This document shows, one piece after another, positions 1-13,443 of a DNA stretch of 64,000 bases. Under the pieces are notes generated by a model. The model saw only the letters and a program-made list of their open reading frames with translations, was not told where the DNA came from and made no database searches. Position 1 is the first letter of the stretch. Every line of letters starts with the position of its first letter. The stretch lies in NCBI RefSeq assembly GCF_004010195.1, contig NC_057720.1:3577255-3641254 (forward strand), written 5' to 3'. Position numbers and translations under genes: made by a program. The stretch comes from Chiloscyllium plagiosum. Lineage: Eukaryota.

Positions 1-466
1 GAGGATGTTGCCTGGTATGGAAGGTGCTAGCTATGAAGAGAGGTTAAGTAGGTTAGGTTTATTTTCACTAGAAAAAAGAGATTGAGGGGGGACCTGAATG
101 AGGTTTACAAAATCATGAAGGGTATAGACAGGGTGGATAAAGACAAGCTTTTTCCCAGGGTGAGGGATTCAATAGCAAGAGGTCATGCTTTCAAGGTGAG
201 AGGTGGAAAGTTTAAGGGGGATACACGCGGCAAGTACTTCACACGGAGGGTGGTGGGCATTTGGAACACATTGCCAGCAGAGGTGGTAGAGGCAGGCACG
301 GTAGATTCATTTAAGATACATCTGGACAGATGGATGAGTAGGTGGGGAACAGAGGGATACAAATGCTTAGGAATTGACCGACAAGTTTACACAGTACATT
401 TGGATCGGCTCAGGCTTGGAAGGCCGAAGGGCCTGTTCCTGGGCGGCAAATTTTCTTTGTTCTTTG
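1..466 (+). mobile_element. CR1 LINE 3' end (ORF2 C-terminus and 3'UTR)
   Basis: ORF 82..510 LRGDLNEVYKIMKGIDRV...RVVGIWNTLP is a typical CR1 ORF2 terminus; ttctttg-repeat tail at about 452-466. Confidence 0.9.
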
Positions 467-486
467 TAAAGTCTATTGTCGTCATC

Positions 487-650
487 ACCTGCAAGTTGTC
501 GTCCTCCTAGCTGTTAGCTGGAGTAACTATCACTTTCTCCTCAGGATCTACCGACACCACTGGAATGCACAGGTTCAAGAAAGCAGTTCACTGCCACCTT
601 GTAGGCAATAAATACTGATCTGGCTAGCGACAGCCATTTCCATAAAGGAT
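487..650 (+). mobile_element. Decayed 3' tail of the second LINE family (see 21480-24420)
   Basis: ggttcaagaaagcagttcactgccacctt...ggcaataaatactg resembles 24330-24400 and 53320-53400. Confidence 0.55.
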
Positions 651-714
651 TAAACTAAAGGGTACAAGTGATTATCCTGGAAGTGAATCAGGAATTGAAA
701 GGAAGAAGCTTAAA

Positions 715-2255
715 AACTGCACTCACCAGGGAAATGGGAACGAAACTCCCAAGGTGTTTTACACTTGTCTAAGGAGCAAGAGGATAGGGAGGGAAAGGGT
801 AGGTCCATTCAAACATAACGAAAATTTATGCATAAAGCCTTAGAAAATGGGGAGATTCTTAACAAATGCGAATATTGAGACAAAATATAAGAATAGCCAC
901 CATTTCTCCTTAATTTAAGAAGGGCAACAGGGATAATCTGGAAAATTACAGGCTGGTGTGCCTTACATTAGTTGTAAGGAAATTTATTGAAGACTCTTAG
1001 GAATAGCATTTTCTCACTTTTTTGGAAAAATATAGACTTATTAGTGATTGACAGCATGGCTTTGTGTGGGGAAGGAGGTGTGTCTCAAACTTGATTGAAA
1101 TTTTATGAAGAAGTAACAAAGGTGATTGATGAGGGTGATCAGTAGATATTGTCTACGTGGACTTTAGCAAGGCCTTTGACAACATCCCTCATGGCAGGCT
1201 GATACAGAAGCTGAACTCAAGTGGGACCTGCAGTGAGTTGGTAAGAAGGAATCAGGACTAACTTCATCATAGAAGACAGACAGAAGCAGTGGGAGGTTGA
1301 TTTTCTGACTGGGGATCTGTGACCAATGGTGGGACATATAAATGATTTGAAGGAGAATGCAGGTGGCCTGATTCTTAAGTTTGCAGATGACACAAAGATT
1401 GGGGTTGGCTGCCAGGAAGATTGTTAGGATACAGCAGGATACAGGTAGGCTGGAGACTTGGGTGGAGAAATGGCAGATGGAGTTTAATCCGGACAAATGT
1501 GAGGTGATGCATTTTGAAAGATCTAATGCAGGAGGGAAGTATAGAATAAATGGCAGAACTCTTACTAGCATCGACATACAAAGGAATCCAGGCATACAGG
1601 TCTGCAGTTCGCTGAAAATGGCAACACAAGTGGATAGGGTGGTCAAGAAGGCTCATAGCATGCTTGTCTTCAGCTGAGGCATAGAATATAAAAATTGGCA
1701 AGTCATGTTGCAGCTAGATAGAACTTCAGTTAGGCCACATTTGAAATAGTATGTACAGTTTTGGGCACCGCACTACCAGAAGGATGTAGAGGATTTGGAC
1801 AGGGTACAGAAAATGGTTCACAGGACATTGCCTAATTTAATTATGAAGATAGATTGGACAAACTTGGTTTGTTTTCACTTGAAAGTCAAAGGCTGAGGGA
1901 TGAAGTTAGACTGGATAGAGGTTTAAAAAGTTGAGAGGCGTGGATAGAATAGATAGTCGGAGTCTTTATTTCTAGGGTAGAAATGCCAGTTACTAGAGGA
2001 CGTAAGTTTAAGGTAAAAGGGAGAAAGTTAAAAGGAGATGAGAGAAAAGTTTTGTTTTTGGAAAGAGTGTGGTATGCTTGGGATGTGCTTCCGGAGGAGG
2101 TGGTAAGGCAAAAGACAGAAGTAAATGCAACTGCAATGTTTAAAAGACAGTTTGACAGAATGAGCAGGGAATGTGAGATACAGACTGCTAGAGGCGAAAG
2201 GTTTTTAGTTTAGAAAGGTGTCATGTGTTGGCTGAATGGTTCTTTGTTATAGCCC
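715..2255 (+). mobile_element. Decayed CR1 LINE (RT region to 3' end)
   Basis: CR1 motifs QHGF, KFADDTK, WQMEFNPDKCEVMHF and RGRKFKVKG in broken frames. Confidence 0.85.
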
Positions 2256-2261
2256 TGAAAC

Positions 2262-2674
2262 ATACAACACAGAAGCAGAACCTTCAGTTCAACTTGTCCA
2301 TGTTGACCAGATACCCTAAGCTGATCTAGTCCCATTTGATGCATATCCCTCGAAACCCTTCCTGTTCATGTACCCATCCAAATGCCTTTTAAATGTTGTA
2401 AGTGTATCAACCTCCATTTCCTCTGACTGCTCATTCCATACACGCACCACACTCCGTGTGAAACAATTGCTCCTTATGTCCCTTTTAAATCTTTTTTGGA
2501 CACCTCTATGTGGGTGAAAGACCTTGGCTATTCACCCTGTGCATGCCCTTCATGATTTCATAAACCTCTGTAAGGTCACCCCTCAGCCTCTGAAGCTCCA
2601 GAGAAAATAGCCCCAGCCTATCCAGCCTCTCCTGATAGCTCAACCCCTCCAACCCTGGCAACATCCTTCTAAAT
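2262..2674 (-). mobile_element. CR1 LINE 3' portion; continues at 5121 after a nested CR1
   Basis: ORF 2506..2700 RMLPGLEGLSYQERLDRLGLFSLE. ggcaacatccttctaaat joins atcttttctgaaccc at 5122, as in the uninterrupted copy at 61603-61633. Confidence 0.85.
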
Positions 2675-5120
2675 AAGACCATAAAACATAGGAGCAGCAA
2701 TTAGGCCATTCAGCCCATTGAGTCTACTCCACTATTCAATCATGGCTGATCATTTCTCAACCCCATTCTCCCGCTTTCTCCCCGTAACCCTTCATTCCCT
2801 TGATACTCAGGATTTATCTATCTCAGTCTTAAATATACTCAATGACCTGGTCTCCACAGCCTTCTATGGCAATGATTTCCATAGATTCACCACTCTCTGG
2901 CTGAAGAAGTTTCTCCTTATCTCCATTCTAAAAGGTCTTCTCTTTACTGTGCCCCCAGGTCCTAGTCTCTCCTACCAATGGAAACATTTTCCCAACATCT
3001 ACTCTGCCCAGGCCATTCAGTATTCTGTATGTTTCAATTAGATCCTCCTCCATCTCATCCTTCTAAACTCCCATCGTGTAAAGACCAAAATCCTCAAATG
3101 TTTATCATATGTTAAGCTTTTCATTCCTGGGACCATTCTCATGAACTTCTTCTGAATACGCTCCAGGGCCAGTACATCCTTCCTGAGATTCGGGGCCCAA
3201 AACTGCATAAATACTCCAAATGTAGTCTGACCAGAACCTTATAGAACCTCAGAAGTACATCCCTGCTTTTATATTCAAGTCCTCTCAAAATAAATGCCAT
3301 AATTGCAGTTGCCTTCCTAACTACTGTCTCAACCAGCAAGTTGAACTTGAGACGGTCCTGGACTAGAACTCCCAAGTCTCTTTGCTCCCCATTTAGAAAA
3401 TAGTCTATTGCTCTATTCTTCCTACCAAAATGCATGACCTCACACTTTCCCACGTTGTACTCCATCTGCCACTTTGCCTACTCTCATAACTTGTCCACAT
3501 CCTTCTGCAACCTCCTCACCTCCTCAATGCTATCTGTTCCTCTACCTGCATCATCTACAAACCTAGCCAGAATGCCCTCAGTTCCTTCATCCAGATCATT
3601 AATGTATAAAGTAAAAAGTTGTAGTCCCATCACAGACCCTTGCGGAACACCACTTGTCACCGGCTGCCATCCTGAGAAGGACCTTTTTATCACCATTCAC
3701 TGCTTTCTGCCAGACACCCAGGCTTCTATCCATCCTAGCACCTTGCCTCTAACACCATGGGACCTTATTTTTCTAAGTAGCTTCCTGTGTGGCACCTTGT
3801 TAACAGTTTTCTTGAAGTCCAGATAGATAACATCCATTGGCTGTCCTTAGTCTAACCTGCTTGTTACTTCCTCAATGAATTCCAGCAGATTTGTCAGGCA
3901 TGACCTCCCCTTGATGAAACCATGCTGACTTTGCCCTATTTTACCACACACTTCCAAGTAAACAGAAATCTTACCCTTCACAATGCATTCCAGGCTAATC
4001 AGTCTGTAACTTTCCGTCTTTTGCCTTCCTCCCTTTTTAAACAAGGATGTCACGTTAGCGATTTTCTACTCCTCTGGCACCCTCCCTAATTCTTGCGATT
4101 CCTGAAAGTTCACCGCTCATGCCTCCGCTATCTCTTCAGCTATCTTCTTTAGAACTCTGGGGTGTAGTCTATCTGGTCCAAGTGATTTATCCACCTTCAG
4201 GTCATTCAGGTTTTTTAGCACCTTCTCCTTGGTGATGGTGAGCATATTCAGCTCTGCCCCCTCATTTCTTGAATTTTTGGGATATTACCTGTGCCTTGAA
4301 CCATGGAGACTGACGCGAAGTAATTATTCAGTGTCTCAGCCATTTCCTTGTTCCCCACTACTATCTCTCCAGCGTCATTTTCCAGCAGCCCAATATCCAC
4401 TTTTGTTTCTGTATTGCCCTTTATATATTTACAGAAACTCTTACAGTCTTCCTTTATATTACTAGCTAGCTTACCCTCATATTTAATCTTGTCTCTCCTT
4501 ATTTCTTTTGTTGTTGCCCTCTGTTGGTCTTTGTTAGCTTCCCAATCCTCTGTTTTCCCACTGCCTTTCGCTACATTACATGCTTTCTCTTTTGCTTTTA
4601 TGTTATCCCTGACTTCCCTGGTCAGCCACGGTTGCCTCATCCTTCCTGTACCATGCTTCTTTTTCCTTGCAATGAATCCCTGCTGTGTCTCCTGAATTAA
4701 TATTATGATCACTGCCTCCTAAATGTTCCTTCACCTTAAGCTCCCTTATCAAGTCTGCTTCATTGCATAACACTAAATCCAGCATTGCCTGCTCCTAGTT
4801 GGCTCCACCACAAGCTGCTCTGAAAAGCCATCTTGTAGACATTCTGCAAATTTCTTTTCTTGCAATCCACTGCCAACCTGATTTTCCCAGTCCACTTGTA
4901 TATTGAAATCCCTCATGGTCACTGTAACTTTGCCTTTCCTACAGTCTTTTCTATCTCATGTTGCAACTTGCCCCCCAGTTCCTGACTGCTGTTTGGAGAT
5001 TGTACATAACTCCAACTTTGTTTTTTTTTAAAACCTTTGTGGTTCCTGAGTTCTACCCACACAGATTCTATACTATTTGACATGTTTCTTACTGTTGTTT
5101 TAATTTCATTTCATACTAAT
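2675..5120 (-). mobile_element. CR1 LINE, different subfamily, nested in the preceding CR1
   Basis: ORF fragments LDLVLCNE, QPWLTREV, QHGFIKGRSCLTNL, GVPQGSV, MEYNVGKCEVMHFG. Confidence 0.88.
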
Positions 5121-6125
5121 TATCTTTTCTGAACCCTTTCCTATTGCAGTGAGACCAGAACTGAACGCAGTATTCCAAAAATGGCCAACCCAATGTGCTG
5201 TAGGAACTCAATATGATATCCCAACTCCTACTGTGTTCAGCAATATTCCCCAGGACCTTACCGTTAAGTGTGCCCTCATTCGCCTTACCAAAATGTCACA
5301 ACTCACCTGTACCTAAATTGATCTCCATCTGCCATTCCTTAGTCCAATGGTCCATCCGATCAAGGTCCCGTTGTGCCCTGAGATATCCTTTTTCCACTGT
5401 CCACTACTCCACCAATTTTGGTGTCATCTCCTATCTTCACACAAAGATCATTTATATAGATGACAAAAAACAGACCCAACACTGATCCCTGTGGAGCACC
5501 ACTGGTGACAGGCCTCCACTCTGAAAAGCAACCCTCCACCACCACACTCTCTCTCTTACTATCAAGCCAATTTTGTATCCAAATGGCTAGCTTTCCCTGT
5601 ATTCCATGTGATCTAACTTTGCTAATCAGTCTACCAGGCAGAACCTTGTTGGATGCCTTGCTGAATTCAATGTAGACAACATCTATCTTTCCTCCTTCAT
5701 CAATATTCTTTGTCACTTCAAAAGACTCGGTCAGGTTAGTGAGACATATTTTCCCACACTCAAACCGATATTGACTGTCCATGCTCAGCTTTTACTTTCC
5801 ATGTACATGTAAATCCTGTCCTTCAGAATCCCCTCCAGCAACTTACCCAGAGCTGATGTCAGGCTCACTAGTCTGTAGTTCTGTGGCTTTTCCTTACCAC
5901 CATTCTTAAATAATAGCACCAAGTTAGCCACCGTCCAGTCTTCCAGCACCTCACTCATGACTATTCACTGATACAGATATCTCCGCAAGGGGCCCAGCAG
6001 TCACTTCCCTAGGTTCCCACAAAATTCTGGGATATACCTGATCAGGTCCTGGGGATTTATCCCCTTTATACATTTTGATGCACAATGTCACCTCATCTGT
6101 AATATTGACATTTCAAGATATCACT
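5121..6125 (-). mobile_element. CR1 LINE RT region (5' part of the element at 2262-2674)
   Basis: ORF 5360..5782 CLTNL...[10 protein letters not shown]...GAPQGSVLG. Confidence 0.85.
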
Positions 6126-6522
6126 TGTGACATCAAGAATTTACCAATCTCTGCCTTGAAGACATTTAGCGTCCCGGCCTCCACTGCACTCCGCGGCAAT
6201 GAATTCCACAGGTCCACCACTCTCTGGCTGAAGAAATGTCTCCGCATTTCTATTCTGAATTGACCCCCTCTAATTTTAAGGCTGTGCCCACGGGTCCTAG
6301 TCTCCCCGCCTAACGGAAATAATTTCTTAACGTCCACCCTTTCCAAGCCATGTATTATCTTGTAAGTTTCTACTAGATCTCCCCTTAACCTTCTAAACTC
6401 CAATGGGTATAATCCCAGGATCCTCAGCCATTCCTCGTATGTTAGACCTACCATTCCAGGGATCATCCGTGTGAATCTCCGCTGGACACGCTCCAGTGCC
6501 AGTATGTCCCTCCTGAGGTGTG

Positions 6523-6770
6523 GGGCCCAAAACTGGACACAGTACTCCAAATGGGGCCTAACCAGAGCTTTATAAAATCTCAGTAGCACTTTTATATTCC
6601 AACCCTCTTGAGATAGATGACAACATTGCATTCGCTTTCTTAGGGCCCAAAACTGGACACAGTACTCCAAATGGGGCCTAACCAGAGCTTTATAAAGTCT
6701 CAGTAGCACAACGGTGCTTTTATATTCCAACCTTCTTGAGATAAATGGCAACATTACATTTGTTTTCTTA
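6523..6770. repeat. Tandem duplication (120 + 128 bp) inside CR1
   Basis: gggcccaaaactggacacagtactccaaatggggcctaaccagagctttataaa starts at both 6523 and 6643. Confidence 0.92.
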
Positions 6771-6986
6771 ATTACAGACTCAACCTGCAAATTAACCTTT
6801 AGAGAATCCTCGACTAGCACTCCCAGATCCCTCTGTACTTTGGCTTTATGAGTTTTCTCACCGTTTAGAAAGTAGTCCATGCTTGTATTCTTTTTTCCAA
6901 AATGCTAGACCTCGCATTTGCTCACATTGAACTTCATCAGCCATTTCCTGGACCACTCTCCCAAACTGTCTAGATCCTTCTGCAGC

Positions 6987-7064
6987 TGAAAATGTGTTGC
7001 TGGAAAAGCGCAGCAGGTCAGGCAGCATCCAAGGAACAGGAGAATCGACATTTTGGGCATAAGC
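6987..7064 (-). mobile_element. 78-bp Penelope-like 3'-end insertion with 11-bp TSD
   Basis: TSD ccttctgcagc at 6976-6986 and 7065-7075; same family as 38076-38283 and 58089-58175. Confidence 0.82.
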
Positions 7065-7320
7065 CCTTCTGCAGCCTCCTCACTTCCTCAGTACTACCTG
7101 CCTGTCCACCTAACTTCATATCATCAGCAAACTTCGCTAGAATGCCCCCAGTCCCTTCATCCAGATCGTTAATATATAATGTGAACAGCTGCAGCCCCAA
7201 CACTGAACCCTGTGGGACACCGCTTGTCACTGGCTGCCATTCTGAAAAAGAACCTTTTATCCCAACTCTCTGCCTTCTGTCAGACAGCCAATCCTCAATC
7301 CATACCAGTAGCTCACCTCG

Positions 7321-7646
7321 NNNNNNNNNNNNNNNNNNNNNNNNNNNNNNNNNNNNNNNNNNNNNNNNNNNNNNNNNNNNNNNNNNNNNNNNNNNNNNNN
7401 NNNNNNNNNNNNNNNNNNNNNNNNNNNNNNNNNNNNNNNNNNNNNNNNNNNNNNNNNNNNNNNNNNNNNNNNNNNNNNNNNNNNNNNNNNNNNNNNNNNN
7501 NNNNNNNNNNNNNNNNNNNNNNNNNNNNNNNNNNNNNNNNNNNNNNNNNNNNNNNNNNNNNNNNNNNNNNNNNNNNNNNNNNNNNNNNNNNNNNNNNNNN
7601 NNNNNNNNNNNNNNNNNNNNNNNNNNNNNNNNNNNNNNNNNNNNNN
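7321..7646. other. Assembly gap (326 N)
   Basis: Run of n. Confidence 1.
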
Positions 7647-8864
7647 GCTATTTCCTTATCTCCCATCATTAGGCTTCCAGCATCAGTTTGAAGTGGCCCA
7701 GTGTCTACTTTTGCCTGTCGTTTGTTTCTTATGTATTGAAAGAAACTTTTACTATTATTTCTAATATTACTGGCTAGCCTACCTTTATATTTGATCCTCT
7801 CCTTCCTTATTTCTCTCTTTGTTATCCTCTGTTTGTTTTTGTAGCCTTCCCAATCTTCTGATTTCCCAGTGCTCTTGGCCACTTTATAGGATCTCTCTTT
7901 TTCTTTGATAGGTTTCCTGACTTCCTTTGTCAGCCATGGCTGTCTAATCCCTCCCCGGATAATCTTTCTTTTCTTGGGGATGAACCTCTGTACTGTGTCC
8001 TCAATTATACCCACAAACCTTTGCCATTTTTGCTCTACTGTTTTCCCCGCTAGGCTCTGCTTCCAGTCGATTTTCGTCAGTTCCTCTCTCATGCCCTCGT
8101 AATTACCTTTGTTTAACTGTCACACCATTACATCTGATTTTGCCTTCTCTCTTTCAAACTGCAGATTGAACTCTACCATATTATGATCACTGCTTCCTAA
8201 GTGTTCCCTTACTTTAAGATCTTTTATAAAGTCTGGTTCATTACATAGCACTAGGTCCAGAATAGCCTGCTCCCTTGTGGGCTCCATGACAAGCTGTTCC
8301 AAAAAGCCATCCTGTAAGCATTCCAAGAATTCCCTTTCTTTGGATCCACTGGCAACATTATTTACCCAGTCCACCTGCATATTGAAGTCCCCATGATCAC
8401 CGTGACCTTGCCTTTCTGATGTGCCTTTTCTATTTGCTGGTACATGTTGCGCCTCTGGTCCTGACCACTGTTAGGAGGTCTGTACATAACTCCCATTATG
8501 GTTTTTTTGCCTTTGTGGTTCCTCAATTCCACCCACACAGAGTCCACATCATCCGACCCTATGTCATTCAATGCCATAGATTTAATTTTGTTCTTAACTA
8601 ACAAGGCCACCCCGCCCCCTCTGCCCACCTCCCTGTCTTTTTGATAAGTTGTAAATCCTTGGATGTTTAACTGCCAGTCCTGAACCCCCTGCAGCCGTGT
8701 CTCTGTGATGCCTATCCCATCATAATCATTCACGATGATCTGTGCCATTAGTTCATCTACTTTGTTACAAATGCTATGAGCATTCAGGTAAAGTGCCTTA
8801 ATGCTAACATTCTTACCATTAGAGATATTGGAAGTTATAAGATGTTCTAAGTTATCCTTCCATT

Positions 8865-9026
8865 TTGTTCAGGGATGTGTAGGATAGGTGCATTAGTCAG
8901 GGGTAAATGTATGGTAATGGGGTAAGGGAATGGTTCTGGGTGGGTTACTCTTTGGAGGGTCGATGTGAACTTGTTGGGCCAAATGGCCTGTTTCTGCGCT
9001 GTAGGTAATCTAATCTAATCTAATCT
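8865..9026 (+). mobile_element. HE1-type V-SINE, 3' fragment
   Basis: Matches the 3' half of 33327-33632; (aatct)n tail. Confidence 0.8.
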
Positions 9027-9919
9027 TGTCTGGAAGAGTGCAAGGCCAATAACACTGCAGTGATATGTTTACCTTTCAGTTTTCATTTGTAAATCTTTCT
9101 GGTTTGTTATTCATCAGCATTACTCTGGAGAACTACTGTACCAGATTAACTGGAAATCTGCATTGTTATTTGACAACTTTGAATGTACACAATCAAAACT
9201 TTAGTGTTAATGCTACAGATTTAAATTAGTTTCACAAAATAACACAAGCTTTGAAAACACTGAGTCTGAAGTTCAATTACAAAGAAGAATCTTGTTGGAC
9301 TCTGTTTCTTTCATCACAGATACCGCCAGACCTGCTGAGTTTCTCCTGTGCTTTCTCTTTTCTAATAAAAATAAAGAGTTTCGCTTTTAAAATGGAGATG
9401 CAATTTTTTTTTGAGGGCTGAGTATCTGTGATTTTGTTCCCCAGAGAAATGGAAGCATTGAATATTTTTAAGGTAGGGATTGATGGACTCCACTATTAGT
9501 TAAGAATCTAAGAGTTTCAGGGAGAGGCAGTAAAATGGAAGTCAGACCATAATCTATCAGATGTTGCTTGATGGGCCAAGTGGCTGTCTGTTCCTCACTT
9601 ATTTGTGTATATATTAAAGGCTAGCTCTTAAGTTCCAATTTGAACTTCAAATATAAGGGCAGATATTATTATTGTTGTCCTCAGATATAGCATATTGAGT
9701 CTTCCTGATTTTTTTCCCAATAGTTAGCTTTAGTTTCATTGCTTCAAGTATTTATTAGTGAAATATGTGATTCACCATTAATCTGTGATTATGGAGTTGA
9801 AGGTTCAAGTCTGGGTGGAATGTTCTTTGGAAAATTGGTGTGGACTCTATGAGCTGAATGGCCTCTTTCTGCACGAAAAGGATTCAGTGATTTTATGATA
9901 ACTTACAAGTGTGCTAACA

Positions 9920-10400
9920 TACTAGTTATGGTATTGAACTAATAATCCAAAGGCCATGATTAAGAAATCAAAGAGAGAATAAATTCTACAGAAGAACTAA
10001 TTGTTCGAATAAAAGTAAAACATGTGGATCCTGAAAATCTGAAACACAGGATGCTGGAGAAACTCAGCAGGATTGACAGCATCCATGGAAAGAGTTTCTC
10101 CAGCATTCTCGGTGCTTATTGCTGAATAATTACACATTTAATTAAACTGGGATTAAAGCATTAATAGTTGTGATCATGAACTACTGTTGTAAAAGAAATT
10201 ATGTACTTGAGGAAGAGAACCTGTTATCGTTACCCAGTCTGGCCTCTGACTCCAAATGCATCGGGCTGATGTTGATTCTAGAAATGACCTAGCAAGCAAC
10301 TCTGGATTGAGGGTGACTCAGCAACACCTTCTGACGGTCAATTCAGGTTGGCAGATTGGTCTTTCTGGCAACACACAGACACATTATGAATAAATAAAAA
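9920..10400 (+). mobile_element. Decayed tRNA-derived SINE (family of 45171-45620) containing a PLE-end remnant at about 10010-10120
   Basis: gaggaagagaacctgttatcgttacccagtctggcct...gactcca resembles 45377-45427; tgctggagaaactc and gagtttctccagca form an inverted pair. Confidence 0.55.
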
Positions 10401-12309
10401 TGAAGTAGTAAGGAAAAAAATGAGGTATGGAGGCAGAAAACAAGAAGGATAGACTTGCATATAAAAAGCAGCAAAGGACTGAGGATGCTGGAAATTTGAA
10501 ATAAAAACAATGCTAGAGAAACCCAGCAAGAAAACAGTTAATATATCAAGTCCAATGTGACATTTTGAAACCACAGCTATTTATCGACTTCAGGACATAA
10601 AGTTAGAGTTAGAATGAACAGTCTGTCTGTTGTGGTTCTGCACGTGCCTTGACTTCTTAAGGGGCAAAGAGCTGTTGAAGTGATTTTTCCTTGTGTCTTT
10701 TAACTTTGGGCCACCTTCTCTGAAGAAAGCTGCAGTCACAGATGAAAAGCCTTTAAGATGGTTTAGGGGACCAAAATAAACAAGTTACTTAATTGGTTGA
10801 GCATGCTAGTATTCTCTGACTCTCTCTCTTTGCTGGTATTGTTTGTAATAGGGCCTGAACTCAGCTGTTAATTGCAAGGTGACAGTCACCACAGACAACT
10901 GGCCACTGCAGAAATGCAGAGAATTTATAATGAACTGGCTGAAAATACACTCTTCAGATAAACATTACATACCAAATTGCATCCATATTAGTTTATTTAA
11001 TTTTGTTTGTTCTTTTCTGTGTTAATGATGAGTTTGAAGGGTATTTTACAACACAGATTGCAAGAATGTGTCATGTATACCTTAATCTTTTTATTGTGTA
11101 TTCTTTCAAAACTAATTTTAAGGAGCCGGGGAGAGTACAAATCCCTTTGGAGGGAAATATAGGAGCAACAAGTTCAGAGAAACCTGGGTGTCTAAGACAA
11201 TTCACGACTGGGTAAAGAAGAATAGAGCTGCAGACCTAGATGAATACAGGAAATACACGAGGGAACGTCAGCAATTAAAAGAGCAAAAAGGGGGCATGAA
11301 AAGGTACTTGCAAACAGGATTATGGAGAATCATAGGGTATTTTAAAAAATAGAATAAAGGGAATGGTTAACCAGGGAAAGAAGAGATTATCAGTGTGTGA
11401 AGCCGTAAGATATTGGAAGGGTGTTGAATGAATACTTGTCTTCAGTCTTCACTCTGGAAAAAGACAGTGTAGATATGGAATTCAGGAAAAGGGTCTGGAA
11501 AAAACTTGCACGGTTTGACTTGGGAAAGGTGAGGTATTAGACATTCTGTTGGGCTTAACAAGAGCGAAATCTCTGGCCCGGATGTATTACATCCCAGGGG
11601 CAGACATGCCAGGGGCTCTGACACAAATATTTAATTCCTCTCTGGCCACAGAGGATCTGTCAAAGGATTGGAGGACGGTCTAATGTGGTTCTACTTTTTT
11701 TAAGAGGGCTGGTAGAAATGAGCCAAGAAATTGCAAGCCAGTGAGTCTCATGTCAGTGATAGGGAAACTATTAGAGAGAATTCTGAAGGAGCGAATTAAC
11801 ACCCACTTGGAAAGACATGGGTTAATTAGGGATAGTCAGCTTGGCTTTGTCAGAGGGAGGCTATGCTTGACAAATTTGCTCGAAGTTTTTGAAAATGTGA
11901 TTGTGTGTAGATGAGGGGAGTTCAAATGTTGTATTTAGTATGGATTTTAGCAAAGCCTTTGACAAGGTTCCATATGAGAGACAGATTAAGAAGGTCAAAG
12001 CACGTGGAATTGAGGGAAGCTTGGCAAGATGAATCAGAAATTGGCTTAGCAATAGGATACAGAGGGTAGATGTAGAAGGCTATTTGAGTGACTAGAATCC
12101 AGTGGTATACCACAAGGATCAGTACTAGGACCCTTATTGTTTGTTATTTGAATAAATGATATGAATGAAAATGTGGCAGGAATGTTAAGCAAATTTGCCG
12201 ATGGCACCAAGATTAGTAGAATAGCAAAGAAGATGATTGTAGATTACAGAAAAATATAGATGGGTTGGTCAGATGGACAGATCAGTGATAGATGGTATTC
12301 AAGGTAGGA

Positions 12310-12450
12310 CCAAATTACTGGAGATGCTGGAATCTGTATTACAAAAAAGAAAATGCTGGAGATCCCAGCAGGTTGGGCAGCATCCATGGAGAGAAAGCAA
12401 GCTGACGTTTCAATCTCGATGACTCTTCTTCAGAGCTGATGTGAAGCTGA
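12310..12450 (-). mobile_element. Penelope-like 3'-end fragment with decayed hammerhead motif
   Basis: Minus strand reads cagct-CTGAAGA-a-gagtcatcgagatt-GAAA-cgtc-agct (core at 12427-12433). Confidence 0.7.
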
Positions 12451-12804
12451 TCTTCACATTGGAAGAGGCACTTTGGAAGAAGAAACAAGATGAGGAATAC
12501 TTAATGAAGGGCAGGACACTGGGTAGCTTAGAGGAATAGAGGGATCTTTGGGTAATTACTCACAGATCCCTGAAGTTGGCAGAGCACATGAATAGGATAG
12601 TTAAGAAAGCATATAATTTGCTTTCATTAGTCGTGACATAGGGTATAAGAGCAAGGAGGTAATGTTGGAGTTGTACATAGCGTTGGTCAGGCCACAGCTG
12701 GAATATATGGTCTGGTCACTTCACTACAGGAAGGATGTGATAGCATTAGAAGGGGTACAGAGGAGATTCATCAGGATGTTGACTGGGATGGAGAAATTGA
12801 GCTA

Positions 12805-13443
12805 CAGGTAGTTCTTGGATAATGTGCATTCCGCAGCATGATTTGGCTATAACATCACTGAGGATTTAGGGAATGGTATTTTCAAGAATGTTTACCTCTG
12901 TTCCCTGCTGGAATCGCAGTATTGTGATCAGTTCGTGCACTTTGTTCTGCGCATGGGCTGATGTCTGCACTGAAATCTCTGTGCTGTTCTATGCACACGC
13001 CGATATCCAGGCTGAAATCCCCACGCTATTCGGTGCATGCGCCAATGTCCACGCTGTCCTACACATGAGCTGATATCCGAGCCGAAGAGTCCGCACTGTT
13101 CTGCGCATGCGCAATGTCAGTGTCAGTCTTTGTGCCATACCGCACATGCACCGATGTCAGCAGCGGATAGAGCAGCTTTTGATGAGAGGTACTGTACAAA
13201 GATCAGGTTTCTTACTTTTTTAAAAATGTACTGTTAATTTTACTTTTGTTCCATTAATAAATATGATTTCAACCTTCATTCAGGCTGTGCTTTACTTTGT
13301 GTTTGACTTTTAGGTGATTTTTTGAGTGATCATGGGTGATATATGTTGCTGGTCTGCCCCTAACCCCACTTTTCCCATAAGCCCCATTATTTCTATTAAG
13401 TGAGGTTTCTCTGGAACACAATAATGGCGTTTTAGGAAAACTA
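12805..13443. mobile_element. Tc1/mariner (Tigger-like) non-autonomous DNA transposon remnant with internal 42-bp repeats
   Basis: Starts TA|CAGGTAGTTCTT and interrupts CR1. The right end gcgttttaggaaaacta is a degenerate, truncated complement. Repeat units start at 12943, 12985, 13027, 13055 and 13097. Confidence 0.6.

Larger units (their letters stand above)
6126..8860 (-). mobile_element. Relatively young CR1 LINE ORF2 (APE endonuclease and RT), spanning the assembly gap
   Basis: Endonuclease motifs GITET...GGGVALLVK...YRPPNS (8362..8748) and ILDLVL...SDH (8120..8380); RT motifs GVPQGSVLG and KFADD; C-terminus in ORF 6113..6880. Confidence 0.92.

Noticed and set aside
6992..8092. Long ORFs containing X runs
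   Set aside because: Artefacts of translating through the N gap.
12943..13140. CRISPR-like array
   Set aside because: Eukaryotic context, degenerate tandem units with no unique spacers, and no cas genes.
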